From: Octopus sinensis
Taxonomy: Eukaryota
Direction: 5' to 3'
DNA length: 64,000 nucleotides
NCBI RefSeq assembly: GCF_006345805.1
Contig: NC_043002.1
Location: 45,074,001 to 45,138,000 of the forward strand
The notes beneath the pieces were generated by a model, which was given only the letters and a program-made list of their open reading frames with translations, searched no databases and was not told the origin of the DNA. Each line of letters opens with the position of its first letter. The stretch's first letter is position 1. Below are positions 54,125 to 64,000 of this stretch, one piece after another. The translations under genes and the position numbers were made by a program.

Positions 54125-54402
54125 AAACATACCTTATTACTGCATCACGTCAACAATGTTATGAAATCACATCGGAGAAATAGGATCGAAAACAACCAGC
54201 CTTGTGAGAGTGCACAAACACCAATTTAAAGATACATCTCTTAGAAATGCTTCATGTAGTGATAAACTAGATATTTGTGCAAATGGGAAATTCAGGATAT
54301 TTCTGGGGTTTTTTCAAAATATACGAAAATAATGAAGTACGAAAGGCAACAGAAAAATACTTTATAAGAATTCTAAATACGAAACGAAACCGGAAATAAT
54401 TA
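54125..54402 (+). mobile_element. PLE GIY-YIG C-terminal fragment
   Basis: HIGEIGSKTTSLVRVHKHQFKD..NASCSDKLDICANGKFRIF...EKYFIRILNTK. Confidence 0.7.
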
Positions 54403-54684
54403 ATACCATTTCTAAGAACAGCTTCCCATATACGGATTAGTCTAGAAAACGTAAATTTGAAAATCTGAACAACAACGATTATATAAAAATGCATAATACA
54501 AAAACTTTCCAAAAGGTTTGTGGTATATTTATTTTCAAAAACAAAATCCTTTCAAATCCTTTCAACTTTAAAGAAAATATTTCTTTAAATATACATATGC
54601 GTGTGTGTGTGTGTGTGTTTGTAAGTTTATGCATACACTCACACACGCAAACACAAGCACATACACACACAAGTATATATATGC

Positions 54685-54740
<56 letters not shown>

Positions 54741-54799
54741 TATATATAGACGTATAAACATTTATATATGGACGTATGTATATACATACTTTCGAGTGC

Positions 54800-55270
54800 T
54801 ACTGGTAACATGTAACCCAGTGCAACCTGTTGCATGGTGAGGAGGGTATTTATTGGACACCCTGCGGGATGAAAAACAAAACCCGTCAAAGGGCGGAGGA
54901 ACTCTTGAGAGTCAACGGCCATCCAATAGATGTCTTAAGGATGTATCATGCGCGGGGACATAGAAATAATCGGACTGAATACCCGATCGCGCGGTTAAAC
55001 CATTGGGAGTGAAGGACTCCTAGCTTTTGTTAGGGCATCCTTCTAGGAAAAGGTAACTCAGGTAACTGGGATAACTACGACATAAAACCTGCGGCTCAGT
55101 GGTTACCGATGATGTTGACTTGTTCTTCTTTTCGGATTATGACTGGTGGTGCTTAGTGAGTGGGATTGAATCAGTGCACAGCCTTTCCTCACTTCTTGCA
55201 CAGGCATTGCACGATAACAACATTGATTAAGCTTCGTGCAATGGCCATACTCGATAACGAGGGGGCAGCC
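54800..55270 (+). repeat. GC-richer dispersed repeat, possibly a LINE 5' UTR
   Basis: The composition shift and CAACCTGTTGCATGG...AAAACCCGTCAAAGGGCGGAGGAACTC resemble LINE leaders. No ORF. Family not established. Confidence 0.3.
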
Positions 55271-55274
55271 ACCA

Positions 55275-55891
55275 TTATTCGTTAGCTACTGCACGCATTT
55301 TTTTTCTCTCCTTCTTTCTGTGTTTTTCTCTCTCTGTGTATCTTTCTGTTGAAGAGCGTAGGCTCGAAACGTTAAAGACTTGTTTTATTTATATTTCCTG
55401 AGCGCCATACTAATACAATTGTTCGTTTGTCTTCCACCTGCCTTCGTCTTTTGTTTATTTTCATAAAGCTTCCCGTTATATATTATGCGCTCACGTGGTC
55501 TCACTTTCATCCTATATTCTACCAATACCACTATCAACACTTACCTCTTGGATACTTACCATTGGCTGCACCTCTCTTTCGCGGATCAAAGTGACTTTGC
55601 ATTGATGTGAAATCCTTAAAAAATATACCACGACGTCTACACATTTCTCACCTTGAACTTTCAACCTTGAACTTGTTCGCATAAACTGTCCCGTTTGTTG
55701 TATTTTTATTTTCTCTTATTCGTTAGCTACTGCACGCATTTTTTTTCTCTCCTTCTTTCTGTGTTTTTCTCTCTCTGTGTATCTTTCTGTTGAAGAGCGT
55801 AGGCTCGAAACGTTAAAGACTTGTTTTATTTATATTTCCTGAGCGCCATACTAATACAATTGTTCGTTGTCTTCCACCTGCCTTCGTCTTT
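55275..55891 (+). mobile_element. Short PLE/retrozyme-like insertion with two pLTR repeats, each carrying a minimal hammerhead
   Basis: Direct repeats 55275-55451 and 55716-55891 differ by one indel. Hammerheads at 55341-55378 and 55782-55819: TCTTT-CTGTTGA-A-GAGC GTAG GCTC-GAAA-CGTT-AAAGA. Confidence 0.8.
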
Positions 55892-56140
55892 GGTCAGTCT
55901 CAGAACAAAGTGTAGTTGTGTTTTTAGCTTCTGCTTTTTCTATGTTTTCTATGTTTTAATTTTTATGTTTCCGTTTCTCGTTGTATTCATGGATTTTTTG
56001 GTGTCCTGTACCCATATATGCATGTATATATACATATATATGTTGGTATGTACGTTTATGTATGTATATATGCATATATTTATATGTTATTTATATTATT
56101 GCATGATCGAACGCCACACATCCTTTTCCAAGTAAGTTTT

Positions 56141-56204
<64 letters not shown>

Positions 56205-56916
56205 TGCGCGCGCGCGTGTTCTCTTCAAGAGTTTGACAATTAATCAATTTACTAAATAATAATACAAAGGTTATCAGAAATGTCAAAAATATCAAATGGT
56301 GCGTAATCCATTGAGTAGATTTATCTAATAACTCTTAAGGATGTAAATCTAATTTACAATCTAGAGCTGATGATCAGAGAAAAAATTGTATGTTATTTCA
56401 TATATAAAAAAAGCACTAAAACCCCATTCGATTTATGAAACATACAATCTCCATGCATGTATGCGTGCATACATATACATCATACAATATACATACATGC
56501 GTATGTATATAATATATTCATGTATGCAGTCGAGTGGCTCAGCATTTAGGCTAACTCCGTCAGATGCTAGATGAAGTCAAATGATGCTGTTGATTCTAAA
56601 CTCGATTCTTGTTAACCCGTAGCAGGATTTATACATCAGAAGTAATGTAGAGCTCCTCTATTTAAAACGAAAACAAAGCAGCGGTGGTTGACTCTCGATT
56701 CAAACATCCTTTTATGTTTGTATCATAATTTTCGGCATCTACTAACTATCAAATATCAAATGACAAATATTTGACTACGCCTACATGCATAAGGCAGATT
56801 ATTCTGCGGAGTACTAAAGGAGATTCTCTGTAAGTATTCCTTGACTGGTGACTAGTGTTATACACGCAGAGAAGTTGTGCAACTATACCGCAACAGTTCA
56901 TCAGGAGGAAATAGAG

Positions 56917-57121
56917 AATACCAAACGAGTTCCCTATGGATACCGTATTTATTACAACGAGTGGCTTGTAAACGTATCTGATACTTCTTAGGTCTAACTT
57001 TCCCTCAAGGTACTAACATTCTGTCGAGTATGCACACTGACATTACACATCCAGAATTAGATACGTTTACAAGCCACGAGTTGTAATAAATACGGTATCC
57101 ATAGGGAATGAGTTTGGTATT
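56917..57121. repeat. 63-bp inverted repeat with a 79-bp spacer
   Basis: 56917-56979 versus 57059-57121; the arms differ only at two short internal loops. Confidence 0.9.
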
Positions 57122-57288
57122 TTATTTAGTACACACGAATAAACGACCATATTTTATTAACCCAATAACTAAATTCTTCACATCGTGTTGAAGCGCGCAT
57201 GAATACAGCTTGATTTCACGTCAGTGACGTCACAATGTGTAACTGTAAAAGATGTCATGCCGCAGGAAGATAGTCCGACTTTATAGCG

Positions 57289-57576
57289 CTAAGTTTTCAG
57301 GTGAAATGACTGTTTTTCGAGTAGCAAATCGTCACGTAGAAGTTCGTTGTACACCTCATCAGGGATGTTAGATCTAGGGTTCGATGACAATCCACTCGTC
57401 GATGACAATGTTTCAGGTACCTTTGTTAACCTGTATCCAACAACATGTCGGACATGGCCAGTATTGATCTTCACTTTGAACATTCTGTATGTTCCAAGAG
57501 GTTGAACAACGGATAACACTCTTCCCCCATCAATCTTAACAAAATCATTCACCTTGATATCGACAACAGTAGCCAT
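57289..57576 (-). pseudogene. Short ORF resembling the N-terminus of molluscan Crypton/DUF3504-associated proteins (tentative)
   Basis: MATVVDIKVNDFVKIDGGRVLSVVQPLGTYRMFKV..GHVRHVVGYRLTK, recognised from memory. No recombinase catalytic domain is visible. Confidence 0.4.
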
Positions 57577-57989
57577 CTTGTTGATAGATCTACCTGCACT
57601 GCAAGAGTATCGACGAGCAGACGAAATATGTTGTGATTTTTTGGGCAACAAATAATTGAATTACCACCAGAAATATTTATATTTTATGTGTATATGACTT
57701 TAAGTGATATCTGGTATAAAAAAAGATAGTATGTTTGTTTAATTACATGGCTACATTCTACCTGCTCGTGAAAGTAATGAATGAAGTTTAGTTGTAACTT
57801 ATGAATGACAAAAGTAGTGCCGTCACCGTGACCTCGGGTCATCACCATGGATTGACCAATCAGAAGCAGCGCTCGCAGTATCTGACATATGTTAGATACG
57901 AAAAATATCTCAAAGTGTTCTCACTCACATGTGTTTAATAAAGCTATATACTTGTTGATAAAAGTTCATGCGTAGTTATCTGTTATCTT

Positions 57990-58201
57990 TTACTTTTTTC
58001 AGCCATTAGGCTGCAGTCATGATAAAGCAGCACCTAGATTTTTTTTAGTCGAATGAATTGACACCAGGTTTTTTTTTTAATCCCGGTACTTATTCTGTCG
58101 GTCTCTTTTACCGGACCGCTAGTTACGGGGACTTAAACACACCAACACCGGTTGTCAAGCTGTGGTGAGGGACAAACACAGGCACAAAGACACACACACA
58201 G

Positions 58202-58267
<66 letters not shown>

Positions 58268-58437
58268 ATGCACACACACGCACGACGAGCTTCTTTCAGT
58301 TTCCGTCTACGAAATCAACTCACAAGGCTTTGGTCGGTCCGAAGCTTTGGTAGAAGACACTTGCCCAAGGTGTCATACTGTGGGACTGAATCTAGAACCA
58401 TGTGACTAAAAAGCAGGCTTCTTAACACACAGCCACA
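57990..58437 (-). mobile_element. OK-type SINE
   Basis: Reverse-complement match to the 34780-35184 family (TTCTTTCAGTTTCCGTCTAC, AGACACTTGCCCAAGG, ACACAGCC). Confidence 0.85.
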
Positions 58438-58619
58438 GAGAATTTCTAAGTGACAGTAATATTGATAAATTGATTAGCCTATACTGGAATAACGGCCAAC
58501 ATATTTTCTCACATTGAAATATATGGGTTTTCCCCTCCAACACAGGTGCAGGAAATAGCATCAAAATTAGTGATGCACAAAAAAGGTTAAGGATGCAAGT
58601 AAACCTCCTACGCGAAACA

Positions 58620-58960
58620 ATTGCTGCAAACTCTGTGAAATTAATATTTGGGATATAACATTATAAGAACCTGTCTAAAAATGTCATCACAATATTAGAT
58701 ATTAAAGAGACATGATGTGGCTGTTAGGATATTATATGACGAAGTCCGTTGAAGTAAAAGTTATAGTGATGTGGAGAGCATAATTACACATATGAAACAA
58801 AACTGGCAGGGTATCTTCTCGAATTCTTTCATATGTTATACTGCACGTGTATTTTGTTGTCAAGACTTTAATACAATGCAAGCCTGGCAGACCAAGCATA
58901 ATGAGCTGAGACGTAGGAGTGAGTTGTGCGCAGTATTTGAAAACAGTTATCCAGAAGATG
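58620..58960 (+). pseudogene. LRR/LRR-CT remnant (tentative)
   Basis: KNLSKNVITILD; IFSNSFICYTARVFCCQDFNTMQAW. Confidence 0.3.
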
Positions 58961-59309
58961 TCAGAATAACGTGAAAGAGTGAGGGAAAAGAAAGCATCAA
59001 TGTCGAACTGAACTTCTCCATCCTATTAGATTTCTGCCTGCCGTTTTGGAGCACCTCGATACGTGACTAACTGCCTTTCTTGAACAATCGAGTTCACGAA
59101 GCAGAAAAAAAAATGCCTACTCCTGGAACTATAGCTACAAGCTATCAAGAGTACTGCCAAAATATGTGAAACATTCAGAGAAGTTAAGCATGTAATGAAA
59201 ACAATGCATTCAATAAAATCCAAGCTTGCATTTATGATTACATATGCACATACATATATATATTTATGAGCATACATGTGCACATGCTTACACATGATTC
59301 ATGTATATA

Positions 59310-59364
<55 letters not shown>

Positions 59365-59714
59365 ATATATATATATAATATACATATATAAACGCTGTCT
59401 AAATTACTAATAAAAGAATCTCATTGGCGAGAAACTTATAAGATACAAGCAGCAACACCTACATTTGCCTTGATTTCGATGCATTCATACGACAGCATAC
59501 AGTGATGTACTAAATCTGCCAACATTATCATGGATCGCCGAGCAACCAGGAACAACTGTTGATCTTATAATACCTTTCTCCCAGCCCTTTAGTTTTCTCT
59601 GTCGTTTGTACATTGTGTAAGGTGGGCCAGTTAATATAAATATCTATATATTTATACACTTTGCACCTTTTGCTTCCTCTCGTTTTGCAGGTATGCATAT
59701 ACATATATACATAC

Positions 59715-59748
<34 letters not shown>

Positions 59749-59885
59749 GCCCACAGATTAAATCCAGAGATATATATGCATATATATATATATAATATAT
59801 ATATATATTTATGTATATATATATATTATATATATATATATATATATAATATATATATATTATATATTATATATACATATATATG

Positions 59886-59922
<37 letters not shown>

Positions 59923-59938
59923 ATGTGTGTGTGTGTGT

Positions 59939-59969
<31 letters not shown>

Positions 59970-60100
59970 TACATTACTTTTATATATTCGTTTCGCAAAA
60001 TTCTTGATGTGAATTCGTGTGTTGAAACAGATGATTCATTTAATACTGAGTGCTTTATTGATACATATATATCAGCCGACTGTCAGAAAGTAAATTTTAG

Positions 60101-60478
60101 CTGATCCATGAAATTAACGAACTAAAGGTGAATATCTTAGAGGCAAACAACAAACGGGATAAGATACAGCGTTACATGCGTCAGAGGATTATTGTTATAA
60201 AAGAGGAAATGTCTTCTAACTCACAAGATTTTGAATTGAAACTTCAGAGTTTTGAAGATGAAAATTATTACGCTATGATAGAATTAAAGAAGCTTCTCAA
60301 TTCACAAAAAATAATGCAGTACAATCTCAAAGAAATAAGATCAGAAAATACCTCGAATTCGATCTGAACTGAAACGTTACAAAATTCTGAACAGAAATCT
60401 TTGCAAGAGTGTCAAGTAAAGCTGACGTAGCATGAACAGGTTTTGAAAGGTTACGCTGCCAAAATACAAAGAATGGAA
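60101..60478 (+). pseudogene. Coiled-coil coding remnant, possibly an exon
   Basis: The frame opens right after TTTTAG (60100): LIHEINELKVNILE...ELKLQSFEDE...KLT*HEQVLKGYAAKIQRME, with two stops. Confidence 0.35.
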
Positions 60479-60673
60479 TCGGATCTGAAGTTACCCGTTT
60501 TGTTGATGGCATGTCGTTCGGCAACGCGTGAGTCTACTGGCTATACACCAGCAAAGATGATGCTGGGCCACGAAGTGAGACTCCCGGTTGATCTGTTGAT
60601 GGCAAGACCACCAGGTGAAGTACTGCCGAGCGAAACCTCCGGCTATGTGAAACATCTGCAAGAGAGACAATAG
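60479..60673 (+). mobile_element. Gypsy integrase C-terminal fragment
   Basis: DLKLPVLLMACRSATRESTGYTPAKMMLGHEVRLPVDL. Confidence 0.85.
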
Positions 60674-60716
60674 TGGAATTGGATCTAAGTGGGGAACGGC
60701 AATTTGCCCATCGCAC

Positions 60717-60756
<40 letters not shown>

Positions 60757-60758
60757 TA

Positions 60759-61095
60759 CAGGGTGCGACTGGTAAACTGTCGCCATTTTATGTTCTTAAT
60801 TTAGTGCATGCATGTTATTTGTTTTTGTTGACTACACAGTATAGTAGGGTCAGTTGGGCACCGTCTGTGAGAAAAACAGCACCATGACACGATTCACTAT
60901 GCCAGAAATTTGGAAACGACATGCTGTACTACTTGGCAATACCGCCAGAAGCTCCAATACGAATCCGAGAAGGGTAAAAATCAAACATCCAGTCAACATC
61001 ATGGCTTTTGGAGTGATCACTAATGATGGTGACGTTATGCCTTCATTCATCGTTGCACACTGCCTCAGACTCAACACGGAGGCTTACATCAACTG
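60759..61095 (+). mobile_element. Tc1/mariner (maT, DD37D-type) fragment
   Basis: TA-CAGGGTGCG terminus; KIKHPVNIMAFGVITNDGDVMPSFI...LNTEAYI. Confidence 0.75.
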
Positions 61096-61208
61096 CTCTT
61101 TAGTATTTCAAGAAATTCTTATGTAATTTTGGTAAATATATCAATAGACGTCAGTGTTATTTTTATCTTTGCGTAATTTAGACGACAGTTTATTCACCGC
61201 ACGCTGTG

Positions 61209-61296
<88 letters not shown>

Positions 61297-61304
61297 TTTC
61301 CTTT

Positions 61305-61620
61305 ATTCTTTTATTCTTTTACTCGATTCAGTCACTTGACTGCGGCCATGCTGGACCACCGCCTTTAGTCGAACAAATTGATACCAGGACTTATTCTTTG
61401 TGAGCCTAGTATTTATTCTACAGGTTCTTTGGCTGAACCGCTAAGTTAAGGGGACGTAAACACACCAACGATGTTCTTGTTTCAGTTTCCGTCTACCAAA
61501 TCAACCACAAGATTTTGGTCGTCCCAGACTATAGTAGAAGACACTTGCCCAATGTACAATGCAGTGGGACTGAACCTGGAAGCATATGGCTAGAAGGCAA
61601 GCTTCTTACCACACAGCCTA
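61305..61620 (-). mobile_element. OK-type SINE, internally deleted
   Basis: CAGTCACTTGACTGCGGCCATGCTGG...GAAGACACTTGCCC...TTACCACACAGCC. Confidence 0.8.
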
Positions 61621-61684
61621 CAGACTCACACATACACGCACATACACACACACACACTCTCAGACAGAAGGCAGACAGACAGAC

Positions 61685-61789
<105 letters not shown>

Positions 61790-61862
61790 TGGTGAAATCC
61801 TAACATCCCTGTGTGAGAACAAGTAAACTGTCCTAAACCTTACGAAGGCGCATGCGTGCTGA

Positions 61863-62925
61863 CAGTGTGGTACAGCGCGCTGTTTTTCTGGTTAAGATCC
61901 TTGTTATTCCGTAGAAGTAAGTGGTGTTATAATTTTTATAGTATATTTGTTGAAGGTCTCTACTCGTGAGTGTACCTATGATTGTTAAAATTGCTGTTTT
62001 TACATACGAGTTTGTTGATTTGTGTTTGTTTTCTTCCCGTTTAGGGGGAACCTGAGAAGAGAAGTAAAATGGAAATTGGACCAGCAGAAGACCACTGTTT
62101 ACTCGAGTATGTGAGACCGAGAGTGGTAGTGGAGGGTATGCCTCCCATATGCTACCTGTGTGGCGAGAAAGGCTATATGAAAGCGAGGTGCCCCCAGAAA
62201 GAAGAGAAGGAACAACAGATGGCACAGTCTGAGGAATTGATGGTAGAAGAAATGGTACAGGATGATGAGAAAGAGACAGCCATAACAGGGGACGAATTTA
62301 CAGTAGTTAAAAACGAAAGAGGAAAGAAACAGTAAGATATCCGTCGGAGAGACAGAAAAAGAAAAAAAGAAGTAGATAAGGAGGTTGAGAAGGTCGTGAA
62401 AGAGGTTGAAAAGAAGGTCGAGAAGGAGGTCGAAAAGTAAGTTGAGGAGGAGATCGAGAAGGAGCTCGAGAAAAAGGAGACAGTAAGAAGGGTACTAAAG
62501 AGGAGAAAGCTTTAGGCGATGTAGAAAGACAACAGCATGAAGAAACAACGGCACTAACCAAAATGGAGAAGGATAAAGACATAGAGAAGGCGACAAGAGT
62601 GGAGCAAGATAAACAGGCGAGAAGGCCGAGAAAGTACAGATGGAGTTTCTTACATATGCTAAGAGCACAGCAACTGGAAGAATGATAATGAAGTTTAAAA
62701 CTGTTATAAGGGTTAAGTTGCCTACAGATACGTACGGAGAAAACGTGAAAGCCATTATAACTGATAAAGACTGATACAACAGGTTGAAGGAAATGTGTAA
62801 CATTGATCCGCCGAGATTTGTAGTGGAGTTTGACCAAGTGCTGCCAGTAATGGAATTAAGCGAACTGGAACCATTCATAAGATATTTAAAAAAACGTAAA
62901 GCTGCTTTAAAAAAAAAAGAGAGAG
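61863..62925 (+). mobile_element. ORF1-only L1/Tx1-like element, copy 2 (leader, internally deleted ORF1, A-tail)
   Basis: The leader matches 63157-63350. ATG at 62069; zinc knuckle CYLCGEKGYMKARC; E/K-rich region; A10 at 62909-62918; no ORF2. Confidence 0.7.
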
Positions 62926-63156
62926 AATAAAATCGATACTAGTGGAGAAAAAACAGGAAAAAAGTATAAACTATGAGTAAAAACGTTCAAATGGTACTGA
63001 ATGAGAGTGGGGCTCATGCAGCCATTTCATTTTTCATTTTTTTTACTTTTTTCTCATCTTTCATTCGTTTTATTTTTATCCCCACTGTGGTTTTCTGTCT
63101 ATCTTTGTTCTGTCCCCGCTGTGTAAGAGCCCGAGTGCATAATAAAAGAATTAGTA

Positions 63157-63690
63157 CAGTGTGGTATTTTTCTAGTTAAAATCCTTGTGATTCCGTAGAA
63201 GTAAGTGGTGTTATAATTGTTATAGTATATTTGTTGAAGGTTTCCACTCGTGGATGTACCTATGATTGTTGAAATTGCTTCTTTTACATACGAGTTTGTT
63301 GATTTGTGTTTTTCTTCCTTTTTATGGGGGAACCTGAGAAGAGAAGAAATATGGAAAGTGGACAGCAAAAGGCCACAGTTATGCGGCAGCAATTGGCAGA
63401 GAAGTGGACTCTGACGCTTTGGAGGTTCGTGAGGTGAAGGTAGAACCGAAGAAGCTAAAAGAGTATGAAAAGTTGTTAAAAAAAGGAAGGCAATACTTTG
63501 AAATTAATTCCACCAGATGATTTAACGAATACTGTGACAAAAAGAACTGTGATATACAAAATACTGAAAGTGTCATCCCGAAAAATTGAAATCGCAACTA
63601 TCGAAGCTATCGAAGAGTGTCTAAAAGAAGTTAAAAAGTTCACCACTTTCATCACAAAACGAAGAAGTATGGCACAGGCTCTTTGGTAAG
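63157..63690 (+). mobile_element. ORF1 element, copy 3 (leader and N-terminus, 3'-truncated)
   Basis: RTVIYKIL...FTTFITKRR aligns with KTVIFRTF...ITFFTRRR of the 22035 copy. Confidence 0.65.
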
Positions 63691-64000
63691 CCAAGTCACG
63701 TTCTCGGGTAGCTTCTGATCCTCTTGCTCGGAGTTTCCACAGCTAACATACTAAAACCAAATAGTAATATAGCAAACTCTATAGTGTGTTGCTATGTCCA
63801 AGCATTGAAGTGACTGAGTAATCCAGATTGATCAACCTTCATGAGCCAGTCTCAAGGTGTCTGCTGGTTTTCCTGATGGCAGCTGTGTTCTATAAGCTGC
63901 AGTGAAATAATTTACCCAAGCTCTTTACTGATTGCTCTATCAATGTTCAGATGATGGTTTTGTATAAGGTGAAGCGGAACCTTTACATCGCTTGCGCTCT
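63690..64000 (-). mobile_element. Hero-clade non-LTR RT fragment, running off the window
   Basis: FRFTLYKTII*TLIEQSVKSLGKLFHCSL*NTAAIRKT matches the Hero-type FRFSI.G..IP...E.PVKSLGK.F...L.D.A segment. Confidence 0.7.

Noticed and set aside
54800-54930. HDV-like ribozyme at a possible LINE 5' end
   Set aside because: I could not build the nested double pseudoknot by eye; an RNAmotif or Infernal search would be needed.
56367-56390. CTGATGA...GAAA hammerhead-like core
   Set aside because: No stem I, II or III pairing.

Overview
AT-rich, microsatellite-dense eukaryotic intergenic DNA, most likely from an octopus. This is inferred from octopus-type tRNA-derived SINEs, (TA)n/(CA)n/(GATA)n/(TATG)n density and the retroelement families present. 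I found no intact protein-coding gene; most of the supplied ORFs are microsatellite artefacts. The window is a transposon graveyard. It holds a 5'-truncated CR1 LINE, RTE and Hero fragments, seven or more Penelope-like element (PLE) remnants, two near-full-length decayed mariners, two DD37D-type Tc1/mariner fragments, three Gypsy pieces (one with both LTRs), MITEs, many SINEs and a possible Crypton remnant. Three things stand out. (1) There appear to be shattered Toll-like receptor (LRR-TM-TIR) pseudogenes, with two recognisable TIR remnants and several LRR remnants split by TE insertions. (2) Several hammerhead ribozymes are present, including one nearly canonical type I hammerhead and a tandem pair with a variant core 441 nt apart (retrozyme/PLE-like). 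(3) There is a family of ORF1-only, L1/Tx1-like (HAL1-like) elements, two copies of which share a leader with an apparent spliceosomal intron. All protein assignments come from manual translation and motif recognition, not database searches.
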